From Lama glama (taxonomy: Eukaryota), in assembly GCA_028534125.1 (NCBI GenBank), contig CM052818.1, positions 3,536,001 to 3,600,000 of the forward strand: a DNA stretch of 64,000 bases. The letters run 5' to 3'. The notes below the pieces were generated by a model that was given only the letters and a program-made list of their open reading frames with translations, searched no databases and was not told where the DNA came from. Positions 22,811 to 36,799 of the stretch are shown here, one piece after another (the first letter of the stretch is position 1; each line of letters starts with the position of its first letter). The position numbers and the translations under genes were made by a program.

Positions 22811-24094
22811 GTCTGACTCAGGGATGTCAACAAATGAAGAATATGGCCCTACTGGTGTCTCTCACCGTTTCTCTCTACATTTGCCAGACAGCTCAGCCCA
22901 TGGAAATAGTACAGCCAAGGTGGGCTGGGTGGCTCTGAGAAGGACCCTTTTTTGGTCCATTTAAGCTGGTGACAGGCAAGGCCCAACGTGCTCTGGTTCT
23001 CCCTGCAGTGATTCAGAAACTTCTGGTGTGTGTGAGCCAACTTGATAATTTAAGCCCTAACCTTTTGTTCCAGGCAGGCAGGTGCCTTGTCTGGAAATGT
23101 CTTTTTTGGGGGGGTTGGTGGGATAGACTCTTGCCTAAAGAGAACCCTCCCCTCCAACTGGAGATGCCCTCCAGTTGTCCAGCCCTGGAAAGGAAGAGCC
23201 AGCTGCCGGCTGCCCCATGTTCAGCCTGGGCTGTGGCCTCTGTTGGGTCCATCGATGTTTCTGTACCACCGCCAGAGTCTGCCAGTGTCTGACTGTGCCC
23301 ACAGCTCCTGGTGGGGAGAGAGGAAGTTGAACACCTTAAGTCACGCCCCATCTGGGTGTTCTTTCTGCCTGGAGAAGGGAGTGCTTTGCCACGTTCCCCA
23401 GAAGGAGATGGCACATGGTGATTGTTAATTTGAGGCGAACGAGGAGAGACTGGAGTTAAAAAACAAGCCCCAAGTCCCTCTGAAATCAATGTTGACAAAT
23501 GCTTCGGTTTGACCTTTTCTCCTGTAAAATCTTCGCTGTGCTCCCTACCATCTGTTCCGGAGCTGAGGAAATTTTTGTTCCTTCTGAATCTTTTGGCAAA
23601 GTTGTCTCCAATGTGGATGAGCTATGGATGGGTATTTGTCAGTTTCTTGGTCGTCACTCCCCACGGGGGCCGACAGCCCCTGCACACATGCGCCCGAGTT
23701 GGCCAGGAGGGAGGCCAGCTTTGGGCAGGCCCTTCGCCTTTCACTGGGATTTTCTCTTACCTTCCTAATGAGGTGTCCTGTACTCAGTCTGCTGCTGCGG
23801 GGAGGGATGGACGCAAAGGAGAGTAAACCCAGGTGAGAGCTGGGCATGGGTCCCCTGGATTCCAACCCTGGCCCTACCCCTCGATGGTGGTCCTAGTGAG
23901 GCCACGTGGGCTTTTCTCCGTGCCTCAGTTTCCCAGCCATCCCAGGTAGGGTTTGTCATGCATGTCCTGCTGACTTTGCAAGGCTTTCATCAAGATCGAA
24001 GCAGGGCTGTCTTGTTCAGTCTTAGCCTGGAAATAGGTTTCCTTAACTTGCACAGGAGCGAAGAGATTTTTCTAAAGGTTGTTGTCAGGGGTTT

Positions 24095-24368
24095 CCACCT
24101 AAAAATCTAGCATCTCTCGGAAATCAAAACACTTGGCAACCCTCAGCCCACTTTCCTCCAGGGCAACAACTGGCCGTCACTGAGGAGCGGCTGCCCCGGG
24201 ATCCAGGCATGCGCATGCTGTTCTGCACGGCCCCCATGCCTCCCCGTCATCTCCCTAACGGTGGGCCTGCATCGGCAGACCCCGTCTCTGCATTTCGTTA
24301 TACCTGGATTATTTCCCTTCTTTAGAGGATCTGTCTGGTCCCGGTAGGCATTTGAACTTAAGCTCTTG
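24095..24368. mobile_element. MER102-like hAT-Charlie element (a related end lies at about 60-213)
   Basis: Contains ttggcaaccctcagcccac...gggcaacaactggcc...gagcggctgcccc...ggtcccggtaggcatttgaactt. Confidence 0.6.
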
Positions 24369-26280
24369 ATCTCAAGAAGATAGTCCAGATTTAGAACTCT
24401 ATGATAAGTCAGTTATCATACAAATGCAAAGGATTTTGGTGGGGAGGAGGTCAGGAGGGAGCACCTGTGTTCCTCAATACGTCCTGTATGCCCCTGTGTG
24501 CCGGTGCTCTTCCTGTCATTTAATCCTCCCCAAAGCTATGAGGTAGATCTCAGCCGCCCTTGACAGGTGAGAGGACAGGGCCTCAGGGAGACTGTGGCTT
24601 TCCTGAGCCAGATTTGAACCTCACCTGTTGGACTCTGTGAAACCAAGGAAAACTCCACAGTCTCAGTGTCAAGTGGACATGGGGACCCCGCCCCCTCTCC
24701 AGAAGCCGCCCGTACACAGTTGTGTGTGTGGCAGGCTTGTAGGTGAGGACATTTGTGTGACCTTCTGTGCTGTAGTCCCTTTTTTCTTTATAAAATACTT
24801 TTACATAGGGCTACAAATATTCTTAAGGATTTTTTTTTTCTCCTTTAAAGCAGAGTTTTCCCAGTTAAAGTGAAATTTATCCGGGAGATGTAAAAGAAAG
24901 GGCAGCTCTGGACAAGTTACTGGATTTCTTTGGTCTCCATTTCCTCAACTGCAGAAATTAAGACTAAGCTATTGGTATTTAAATGAATGGGTTCCTCGGA
25001 GACCGAGGATTACAGGAGATGCTTCAGGGGTCCCAGGAGGAAAAAGTGACTCCACTGAAGGGCAGGGCTTTTGCACATGGCTTCCCTTCATCTGCTTAAT
25101 ACTAGTTCTGAAAAAGATGCTGGGAGAAAAAGAGGGAAAATGCTGCCATTTTATTTTGTGCTAGTTTTCTCTTCCTAGGGTAATTCCAGGAGAAACTGCC
25201 TTAAGTGAACAACATTCTTTGGGTTAAACCCACTTTACAAGGATTTGTAGGGGGGAGAAGTGAAGACAGGCCAGGGTGCAGGGGTGGGTGAAGTTGCCTT
25301 CATTTTCATTTCCTCTGGCTCTGGCGTGGGCCTCCTTTCATCTCAGACAAGTGGAAGCCATTCCTAAAGGTGGACTTAGGGAGGGAAGTGGCCTTTTACT
25401 TGCAGGAAATAAGCAAGCAGCAGATTTTAGTGCCCAGAATCTAGGCTCGATTTATAAACATCCACCAAAAACCTCCTTGGCAGCAAATCCGGAAACCCTG
25501 TCTCAGCACCATGATGGGCTTCTTTGTCTCCTGGTCTAATCATGCTCATTGTCTGCCCAGCTGTTTCCCATCTCCGTGCACGTCCCTACTCGGATAATCA
25601 GTTTGATGTGTTTCTTCTCTTTCCGCTCACCTCACCTCTTCATCCCTTGCTTGTCCTTGCAAAGTGGAAGTCAGTGGCGTCTTAATTCACTCGGAACAGC
25701 TCCCAGGACCTGGTACTGGTGAGCATGATTCAGTATCTGAGAGGAAGCCAGGAGAGGCACTAAACTTACTTCAGACGCCCCATTGCTGATGCTGAATGTC
25801 CTGATCAGGCTCCTGAGGAGGTTGTGTTTAAAACCCTTCGGTCATGATAATGATGTTGATGACTGAGATCTCTTGTTGATGTCAGAATTAAAGAGATTTT
25901 AGAGATGATATAATCCCCTCACTGCTGATTACAAATTCTCACTTGCCTTCTTCTCCCAGAAGAGAACAGGGCATTTCTTTTTCTCCTTTAAAGCTAAGTT
26001 TTCCCTCTTTTTCTCCCAGCATCTTTCTCAGAACTAATATTAAGCAGAAAAAAGAAAGCCGTGTGCAGAGCCCTGCCCTTAAGTGGAGTCACTTTTTTCT
26101 CCTGGGACCCTGAAACATCTCCTGTAATCCTTGGTCTCCAAGGAACCCATTCATTTACACACCACTAACTTAGTCTTAATTTCTGCAGTTGAGGAAATGC
26201 AGACCAAAGAGATCCTTTGCTTGAGAGGTAGAAGTCCAGGTTATTTCAGTAATTTCATCAGTCACTCCATGATCCTATGC

Positions 26281-26447
26281 TTTTTGTTTATTTGTTTGTT
26301 CTTTGGTTTTTTTTTTTCTGGTGGGGGGAGTTAATTAGGTTTATTTATTTATCTCTCTCTTTTTCTTAATGGAGGTACTGGGGAGTGAACCTAGGACCTT
26401 GTACATGCTAAGCACACACTCTACCACTGAGCTATACCCTCCTCCCC
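26281..26447 (-). mobile_element. tRNA-derived SINE (Vic-1-like)
   Basis: gggggagttaattaggtttatttattt...aatggaggtactgggg...ctctaccactgagctataccc. Confidence 0.9.
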
Positions 26448-29400
26448 ATGCTTATTAAAGACTTTTATCAGGAAAGTGGTGGGAAGTAGGTAATCCTAAG
26501 AGTTTAAATGACGAAGGATCTATTGGGAAATGCAAATTAAAACAACAATTAAATGTCACTACACACTAGAATGGCTAAAATAAAAAGACCAATAATACCA
26601 AGTGTCGATGATAAAACTGGGTCCATATTCCTACCTGGCGACAATTACCTGGAGTTGTGTAGTAGCTGTTCCTTTACATGAGCCATATACTTTGGTTTCC
26701 CACAGTCTCAGCCACTCTCTGTAGCCTTTTCTATTTTCTGTAGTCACATTAAGAGAAGAGTTAATTCATTTTTGAGGGCTCACTATGTGTCAGGCACTAT
26801 TCCAGGGCATGAAGATACAGAGGGGAACCAAACAGACAAAATCTCTATAAACTCATAGTGAATGGTGAGTATCATCTACATCATCAAAAATTAGAGGGAG
26901 AAAGTTAGACCAAGAGTGCTCTGTATTTTGGGAAAAGTGGGAGAAAGCATGTTTCTTTGTGGAAGTTAAAAACAAAATTCCTATGAATTTAAGTAATAGG
27001 TAAAAGTGGGTCTGTATCAAAATTATCCTGCCTCTTTCCCTTGTTTCCCTCAGATAATGAATCAGATACTTTTTCCCTTTATGATTCGATAAATTCATGG
27101 ATTTTCCCAAGAGATGGACTCCAGTAAAATCATGGAGGTTATCTGAGCATTTCAGAAAGTGCCAGTAGGCAGAGCAGCTGGCACAGGCTCTAGTGGGCAG
27201 CTTGGCACAGACTCTGCTGAATGTTAGTTTTTTTACGTCTGTCTAAATTATCCCCAGCTCAGCTTTGGATTTTTCCATTTACTCAAGATCTAGAGATGCA
27301 ACTCAATCTAAAGGAAGCATCTCTATTGAGGTCTTATAGCCGCCTTCTGTAATCCCGGTACTCTGTTTAGCTGTGGCTGGGAATCTCGTCACCCTGATCT
27401 GTGTGGTGGCCGAGGACCTGTGGTGAAGTATCTCGAGTCGTGCTATGTCCCCCACCTTGAGTTTACACTCCATTTGGTCAACTACACGGTGATAGCGGCT
27501 GACATCTTTAAACTGACAAATCCTGTCCGACTTGAGTTTGATCTCATGATCAAGAAGCCGTGGTTTAAATGCTTCTCACCTACAGATAAGCCCTTTTATG
27601 GGCATAGATTCCTAAGGACATGATTCTGTCTGCAAGAGGCACAGTGCCTCGAGGCATTTACCTTGCCTTTAGGTTTGTGTTGGTCATAGGCTTTGAGGCT
27701 CTGGACTGGCTCTTCTCCACTGGTTGTGCTTGACCGGATCATGTGGGAGGCTCCTGACCTGTTTCTTCCGCCCCATCTGGGAAGATCTTCTTGCTGCCTG
27801 GCCAAGAAAGCTCCACTGCTCCCATCTGGTGACAATTATCTCGAATTGCCGCATCACCAAGCTGCTTTTGAGAGGACTGCCGTGTCCTGTAGTGGTGCTG
27901 CGCACCACAGAACGGTAGGAAACAGTCACCCCCAGCTTCCGTTCTGCAGCACTGTCAGGTGTCTCCATATTATCTAAATGAGTATTGTGCAGTTTTCTCT
28001 AAGATATGTGAAGTGGGAAGAACATTTTTTAGACAATCAGGATGGTGACACTGGTCCAGGTTCTGCCTATAACTGGCCATGGGATCCTCAGCCTCACTTG
28101 GTTCCTCCACCCATAAAGCAAAATGCTTGGACTTAGCACTTCCTAGGAACACTACTGGTGCAAAGTCTAGTTCTGTGATTTTTTTTTTAATTCAAAATAT
28201 CTATAAAATGAATACCCACTTGGATTGTTCACAAAGCAATTATGACTATACATGGGAATTTTGTAATTTGTATTATCATTTCCCCCAATTTTAATCGCTT
28301 ATAAGATGCATCATGAATTTAATAGCTTTTTGTGGGGAGCGGGGAAAGAAGACAAATATTACTGCATTAAATGTGCATATTTATTACAAGAAAAATTCTG
28401 ATAGCCTAAAAATTAAAGTGTAAAAAATTAAAGTGCATCTTAGAATTGAGGGTTTTTTTTTAATGTGTGGTTAGACCTCTACCTGTCAATGCGTGCTAGA
28501 GTTTTAAAAATCTTTTTTAGTAAATATTCAAAATTTTAGAATTAAATGGACAATTGAGCGATGTGAGTAGACTTTAAAGTATTACAAGAAAATGGAAAAT
28601 GATACTGAGGTACAAAGATTAGAGAGATGACAGCTGAAATTTAAGATTGTATGGTAAACTTTGTGTGCATCTGGGTACTGAAGAGGACACTGACAGGAAA
28701 TATACAAACATGCAGGCTCTGGTAAATCATTGGCAACACGCACATTTGGAACATTTGAGCTCATTTAAAAAATTCTTTTTAACACAGAATTATGTGTGTA
28801 TTTTATGAAAACATGCAACAGTGCTTTATGATTAAAGCTCTCTCTGATTGCAAGGGACAGAATCCTACTCAAGCTGATTGGAAAAAGAACAGGTATTGTA
28901 AAGATACAACAGGAAATCCATGAACATCAACAGACAGGTACCGAAGTGCTGCTGGCTTGCAGAGGATTTAGAGAGGAATGGTTGGGACCCAAGTCTTCTA
29001 TCCCAGACCTCTGGCTTCTGTAATCACTGCTGGTTGCTGTGTATCAATGTTGCATGTGGATACTAGCCCCACTACTACGCCATCACCTCTGCTCAGGTTT
29101 CCGTACTGATGACTTCTCTCAGTGTTCAGCTCCATCCGATTAATCATCGCCTCCATGCAGAGAATAGCCTAGCGATTTTTTTTCTCCACCCAAGGTCAAT
29201 GTGCAAGATAGCTGAAGCTAAATTATGCAGGTGTAATGAGCAGGCAGATGGATTGAGTATCTGATCTAACTGCTACTTATCCCAAAGCCTTCAACTTTGA
29301 TGATTTTGCCACACCTTCTCTCTCTAACCCCTCTTAACAATGGCACTGAACATCTATTACAGTGTTTGGAGACTGAGGTTGAGGCTAGGAGTTCTAAGAA

Positions 29401-29918
29401 TTCGTGGAATGCTAAGGTGTTGCAAATTCAGAGCATTGAAGAATTTCTGATAGAGTTCTAGAAACTTCTTTTAATGAATCTTAACTATTTTTGAGAGAAA
29501 GGTTAGTGTGAACATTAAAAAATGTGCCCAGTAATCTTCATACTTGGCTGGTGTCTGCTGTGGTAGAGCAACACTTTCATAACAATGTCTGTGTCTTCTC
29601 AACGGCCCTATTAGATGGGGAGGGCAGGAGGAATCCTTCAAGTCTTGTTGACTTGAGTTGGGGATGGTGTGAGGAGGGATGAGAAGAAAGGAAGAGAAGA
29701 TGATTCTTGAAGTTAATTGCCAACTATTCTTAGGGCAGTTATTGGAATAATTTCCAAGTCTCTCTGTTTAAGTGTTGGACTGAAATTAAAAAAAAAGAAG
29801 TCCTTGGTTGAATCTAATCTCTTTGAGCTTCTGTTTTATTCAAGTAGTAATTGTTGTCTTCAAGGGAAAAAACACCCAGCCGCACAGGATTGTGGTGTGA
29901 ATTAAACAAGAGTTCAAG

Positions 29919-29991
29919 ATTGTGCTCTACGCTGAAATTTGACACAACATTGTAAAATGATTATAAATCAATAAAAAAAGTTAAAAAAAAA
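29919..29991 (+). mobile_element. 73-bp L1 3' terminus with a perfect 11-bp TSD
   Basis: tgtgctctacgctgaaatttgacacaacattgtaaaatgattataaatcaataaaaa, flanked by aagagttcaag at 29908-29918 and 29992-30002. Confidence 0.9.
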
Positions 29992-30307
29992 AAGAGTTCA
30001 AGGTGCCTAGGACGGCAGTTGGAATGTAGTTGGTTCTTTTTCTTTTCATCGGTTTGTTCATCTGTTTATCTGCAGGTTCTTTGGAAGATAATTAGTTTCC
30101 TTCCTTTATTTGAGATATGCGTTTAGCAACAGTTTCTCTGCCTCTTGCTACCCAGTCCCACAAGTAGTACCTCTGAGTCCCCAGAATCTAAGAATGCTTT
30201 CCATGCCAGATCAGCCGGAGGCCAAGCTGACGGGGGCATCAGTCCCGTGGACAGTGACATCAGCACCCGCAGCCACCACGATCATTCGACAGACTTTTTA
30301 AGCTTGA

Positions 30308-30649
<342 letters not shown>

Positions 30650-30964
30650 TGAGGAGAGAGGAGCATACTGAGAAACTGGACCAATTTTTAGGTCAGAGGA
30701 ATAATTTGAGGCATTGGGAAAAGTTTACTTAACAACTTGGTTCCCAGAATTAACAGCAGAGTTTAATCTGGAAACCCTAGTTTCCCAGTGAACTTCCTCT
30801 TTTAGTCTTACTTCTGTCAGTCACCAGCCCTAGTTTTCAACCCTCTTGAGCTGTGCACATTCTCTGGACATACTCTTCCATACTTTATATTTTGTACATA
30901 TAGCTCTTTCCACCTGGAATGCGTTTCCTTTTTTTTGTTTGTTTTTTGTTTTGCCTAGAAAGCT

Positions 30965-31465
30965 CTCACTCATACATACTCTATGATTCCATTTATAAAA
31001 GTCCAATAACAGGTAAAAACGATCTCTGGTAATAGAGATCAGAAAGTAGCTGGCTGGGTGTGGGAAACTGACTAAAAGGAGCACATGGGAACTTTCCAGG
31101 CCATGAAGTGTTGTCTGTCTTGTTTTGGGTAGTGGTTACACAGGGCTCTCCAGTTGTCTGAACTCAGTTGAACAACTTAAGATCTATGCACTTTATTGTA
31201 TATTGATTCTACCTCACATCTTAAAAACTTAATCAGTTTTCAAGATTTAGACTCATATTATGTTTTAAAAAGACTTCCTATCTGTTAGATATGTGATGAA
31301 GTATTTATGAATGAAATAATAGGATGTCTTGAAATTAAATGAGTGGATTTAGAAGAGAAACAAGACTGGCAATGAGCTGACTGTGACCGAAGCAGGGTGA
31401 TGGGTATATGGGTGTTTGTTAGAGCTATCTCTTCTTTTCACTTCTGTTTGACATTATGTTTAACA
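30965..31465 (+). mobile_element. Old L1 (L1MC/ME-type) 3'UTR fragments
   Basis: catactctatgattccatttata...aacaggtaaaa...tagagatcagaa...gggaactttcc...gtagtggttacacagg...taagatctatgcactttattgta. Confidence 0.75.
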
Positions 31466-32562
31466 GATTTTTTTCATGCCTTTGTGTTTCCGCCATACTT
31501 TTGTTTTTGCCAACTATATGGCTTATCTTGTTATTTTAGAAGTAACTCTGCCTTCAGAAAGTAAGGTATTTAAAATCAGAAACTTTGTATTCTAGCACAC
31601 TGCTTGACATGGAGTAAATTCTTAGTAAACTTCGGATGAAATGAATGTGTGAATGATGGTCATAGCAGATGTTCACATAAAGGAGAGGGTTCCTTTGTGC
31701 CCTGCACTTTAATGTGCTTGTAAAGAGCAGAAAGAGGTCCCCAAAATGGCGTTGCAGGGGTCCTACCAGGCTTTGCTCATCCTGTGGGGTTTGCCCTTTC
31801 GGTGCTAGTTAGAGTAACTAGTTGTGCGGGCTACTGAAACAACTCAGGATTTTTGAGAGCCTGGTACCGTGTAGGTTCCAGAAGGTTGAAGCTATTTGAG
31901 AAGGAACTGTTGGTAAAAATAAGTATTGCTGTCATCCTTGCACAGCAAACGACCCCCACCAAGGGTTGTGTACATACAATCAGAGCCACGTGGATCTGTC
32001 CACACCAGTGCCCTCCCACTCCCCTCCCACTCAGCTCCAAAGGACCTTGCTCACTGTCTCGCCCTTCCTCCACCCACTGTGTTTTCTGGATCCTTATTCG
32101 TCCTCCTCCCACCTTGCGCCTTCCTTGCTTGTCTCTCTCACTTCGTTTCCTGTCTTTGCAGCTGTTTGCTTTGCCTGGAATGCCCTTCTCATTCATTTCC
32201 TTTGTTATGAAAGTAACCCCACTCCTTAACTTTCTCCCACTCATTCAGAAACACGTTTGAGGGCTTACTTTGTGCTGGGCAGGTGTTGGCGTAAAGGAAA
32301 TAAGACGTGGGCCCCTGAGGAGCTCACAAATTAATGGACCTGATTAGGAATTAAATTACATGGTTCCAGGTCTGGCCCAGCCACATATATTAGCCGTGAG
32401 AGTTTGACTTTGTTTTGTTTCTTAGTTTATATTTCTTAAAACTTAAATACTCTTACATCTGAAGTATGTGTAGTTTACTGTACAGGAACTGTGGCAAAAT
32501 AAAGGTGTTTAAAAAAAACATTAAAAGTAATTGTCAAATTAAAAAAAAAAACTTAAATACTC

Positions 32563-35500
32563 AAATAGTTGAACTAAGCGTATCACCAAAAACGTCAAGC
32601 AATTCCCTGAGGGGTCCTCCTATGCCATTTCAAGGTCCCAGAGGCCACCTCTTTTAATTGAATCATTTGATCTATTTCTGAATAATAGGCTGATACTGCT
32701 AATTCTTTTTTCCCCTCCATTTTAGGCATTATATACTATGGCAAGTAAAAAATTATCTCTCTTTTATCCCCTGTAAGTCCTTCCCCTCAATTACTTGCAT
32801 TATTCTCACCTCTCTTTTTTTTTTCAAAATAGCAGTCAATTTGGCAATATGTTAGTTATATTAGTGTCCGTTTTTACATTATTATGTAAAAAAACATTAT
32901 TGCTGAACCTCCTATGATTACTGTTCCTTTCTTATATAATTCTTTTTTTCCACTGGCATTAATAATTGTCTTGGGTGGTTGGTTTTGTTTTTTTAAAATC
33001 TTAGTTTCCTGTGTACTTTTCAGTAGTTTAATCTCAGACTCTCAAGTTGTTTGAGTCGTTCTTTTGAATACTTGCAAGCACATCGAATACGCTTCCTTGT
33101 CTGTTTTATCTTCTTGAAGAAATCTCTCAGTCTTCGGGCTTGATGGAATCTGGGTTGGTTGCTCTCTGGGCCTGATTTACTGTCTTATCTAGGAATTTTC
33201 TAGCCATTCTCTTTGCTACTTTTTCTTGCTAGATTTGTTGCCTCCTCCTTTTGCTCACTTCCTCCCTTTGAGTGGGGCTTAGCCTCTAGGAGCTTCCTGA
33301 CGTATGGCAGGTAAATTTTTGAGGCCTTGCAGGTCTGAAAGGGTCTTCATTATACACTCATATCTGTGACAGCTTGAGTACAAAGTTCTGGATTGAAAAC
33401 CATTTCACTGAGATGTGTGAAAGCATCACTGTACTGGATTCTAACTTTCCTTGTTGGGCTTTGGGAAGTCCGGAGTCAGTCATTCTGATAACCTGCTCCT
33501 GTGGCTGTGACCCATTTTTTTCTTCCCAGAAATTTATAAATTTTTCTTGGTTTACAGTGTTCTGAAGTTTGTTGATGACATACATTGATGTGTGCATCTA
33601 TTATTTATCATGTTAGATGTTTGGTGGTCCTGTTTAATCTAGCAACTCATATTTGTATGTGTGGAATTTTAGTTTGTTTCATTCGATGATTTTCTTTTCT
33701 GTCTTCCTTTGTCTGAAATTACTAGTAGTATTTGGATGTTAGTTCTCCTGAACTGATTTTCTAATTTTTTTTCCCTTTTATCTTTCATTTCCTTGTCTTT
33801 TCCCTCCACCTTCCAGCGGATTTCCTCAGCTTTATATTCAGCCATCCTGTTGAACATTTTATATATCAGGCCTTTTAATTTCTAAGACCTTGTTGGTTTA
33901 TTTTTGTTTTGTTGTGTTTTGGACTTTGATGAAGTCCAGTTTATTAGCTTTTCCTTTTGTGGATTCTATTTTGGTGTCATTTCTAAGGACTCTGCTTCAT
34001 TCTGAATTCTAAAGATTTTCTCCTTTTTTTTCTTTCTGTAAGTTTTACATTTTGCATTTAAGTTTGTGATCCTTGACTTAACTTTCTATAAGGTGTGTTA
34101 CTTGGGTAGAAGTCTACTTTGTTGCTTGTGGGTGTCCATTTGTCTTTCCTCCATTGAATATTTTTGTCCAAAATCAACTGGGCATATTTGTGAGGTTTCA
34201 TTTCCAAACCTTTCTCTGTCCCTCCACCAATACCACACAGCCTTATTCCTGTAGCTTTATAATAAGTCTTGAAATCAGACTGATTCCTCCTCCTTTTTTT
34301 CCTAAAGTTATTTATAACTATTTTAGTTCTTTCGTCTTTTCATATAAATTTTAGAATAATCTTATCTAGATCTACAGAATGTCTAGCTAGAGTTTTGGTA
34401 GGAATTTCATTAAACCTGTATATCAATTTGGGGAGAAATGGCATCTTTTCTGTGTTTAGTCTTCCAATAATTTTGTATTCTGTAACCTTGTTGAACCTTA
34501 CTGGTTCTGGGAATTTTTTTTTTTAATGGCTATCCTTCGGATTGTCTGCAAATAGAGGCAGTTTTATTTTTTTCCTTTCTGATCTGCTTCCTTTTATTGC
34601 CTTTTCTAACCTTATTGCACTTTTCCCTCATTTATTTATTCAATTATCTATTTATATCAGTATGGACTCATGGGTATTTATTTATTTTTTTCCCTTCAAT
34701 CTGTTTGTTATCTTTGGTTCACACTGGGTTATTCCTATTGCTTTATCTTTCAGTTCACTGACTCTTGCGTCTGTCCCTTCCATTCTGCTGATGAGCACAT
34801 CCATTGTGCTTTTTGCTTTGGTTATTGTATTTTTCAGTTCTAAAATTGCCATTCGGTTCTTCTTCTGGTTTTCTGCGTTTTTTTGTTGAAACTTCCTGTT
34901 TCTTTGCTGAGGCTTTCTATTCATTGGTCTCAAGCATGTTTGTAATTGCTGGTCTAAGCATTTTTGTCATGACTGCTTTAAAATCATAGCTGGATAATTC
35001 TCTCATCTCTGTCATTTTCACATTGGGATCCATTGATCATGGTCTTTCTTTTGTTTAGTTTGAGATCTTCCTAGTTCTTGGTATGACAAATAACTATTGA
35101 CATTTTCACATTGTGTTATGAGATTCTGGATCTTTAATATAAACCTTCTGTGTTTACTGGCTTCTGCTCTGGCAGGGGTTGGTGGGGGTTGAAGGGTACC
35201 TCCTTGTTACTGCTAGGTGGGGTGGAAGTTCAGGTTTCCCATGGGGCCTCTGTTTTCACTGCAGAGGGTGCATCTCATTTCTACTGGATTAGGCTGAAAG
35301 CTCCAGGTCCCCATTAGGCTCCTGCTGATCCTTCCCCGGGTGGGAAGGTGAGAATGCCTCGGTATTGCTTCCTATATGGCTCCCATTGACACCACAGGGG
35401 TGGGAGTTGGCCTCATTACACCTTGGTGGTTGTGGAAGTCTTAACTCTCCAGTTGGCCTCCTCTCGCAGCACCCCAGTGGGGAGAAGGAAGAGCATTTCT

Positions 35501-36160
35501 TTACTACCTACAGAGATAAAGGTCCTGACTCTCTATTCAGCCCTCTCTCACGCTACCCACCCCGATGTGGTAGGTTGAGTGATGTGTTGCAGACTCGTGA
35601 GGATGGAAGTCCAGGCTGTCCACTTGGCCTTTGCTGGCACGGCTGCGGAGGAGCTGCAGTTTTTGGCTAGAGTAGAGCAGTTAGTGTCTATGAGTTCTGT
35701 CTTACTAGTTTGCCCCTTTTCTGGGTCTGGCTGGAGGAGGCAGACTTCCATTGGGTTGTTTTTTTCTTTTCTTCTTCTTCTTCTTCCTTTTTGCCTGTGC
35801 CCATCGGTGTTTTCAGTTTGCTGTTTTCTTCAGTTTTCAGCCTGGGAAATATGAGGCAAAAAGAAAACGCAGGCACCTCCCACCATGTTGGTCGTAGGGT
35901 CCCAAAGTTCCTAGCCAGTCTGCCATCTTCTCCCCACATTTCAGGCTTTTCTTATTATGTTTGTTTTATACGTAATGTGCAACGTACTTAGGTGTCCTTA
36001 GCAGGAAGAATAGGGAAAAGTACATCCGTTCCACCTTCCCAGAAACGGAAGCCTTCCATTTATGCTTTTTAAAAAACAAGCACTTTATATCATTTAGTAC
36101 AGCTTTAGAAGGAAGCAGAAATAAGTGTATGTATTCAACTTACCTTTTTTAAGACAACTT
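32563..36160 (-). mobile_element. Composite of ancient L1/HAL1-like sequence interrupted by younger L1M ORF2, ORF1 and 5'UTR fragments
   Basis: ORF 34682..34933(-) MAILELKNTITKAKSTMDVLISRMEGTDARVSELKDK and ORF 33669..33857(-) KKLENQFRRTNIQI are L1 ORF1p coiled-coil/RRM-start remnants. Antisense ORF2-type sequence lies at 33920-34620. Confidence 0.75.
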
Positions 36161-36799
36161 CCTACTATTTTAAATCAAAAGTCCTGTGTGATGTTTTTAA
36201 CCCCCACTAGGCTTAGATATCTGTCAGATAGAGGCCGTGACCCTAGCCTTAGCCCTACCTCTCTCAGAGGTTGTAAGGGTTCTATGTGTGTATATAATAT
36301 ATATTGTTTGAATTTGCCTGAAAAAGACATGGGAAGGATGAGAGAGAGAAAGAGGGAGGGCAGAAGGGAAGAAAGGAAAGAGGGAGGGTTCCCTATCGGG
36401 GATGAGGACTGGAGGGGAAATACTTGTCTACTATGTTTTACTTTGAATATTAATATATTACTTTTTTTTAATTAAGTGTTTGATTAAGCTGTTTTATAGT
36501 CACTTGGATGAGTAAGCAGGAATCCAAAGAGCCTTTGGGTTGAGTACGAACAAGCCATGTCCTATCATGTCTTCCTTTGGGAAGGGTTTTGGATAGGGAG
36601 CTCAGGGGAGTGCCACAGACCCAGTGTCTGTGGAGTGTCATTGGGTAAAGATACTCACCGGAGATCCGTGAGCAAGATGGGGAGTCTAGGCTGGATGCTA
36701 GGTGTAACTGCTGCTGTTTATAATGGTTTCTGATCAATGGTTTGCTATTAATTTGGAGGAAACGTTCTAAGGAGAAAGCACTGCAGCTTACCATTAACT

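Noticed and set aside
22849..23959. Dense cluster of overlapping ORFs on both strands
   Set aside because: GC-rich intronic patch with few stop codons. No recognisable protein and no coherent splice pattern. The same applies to 44768-46718.
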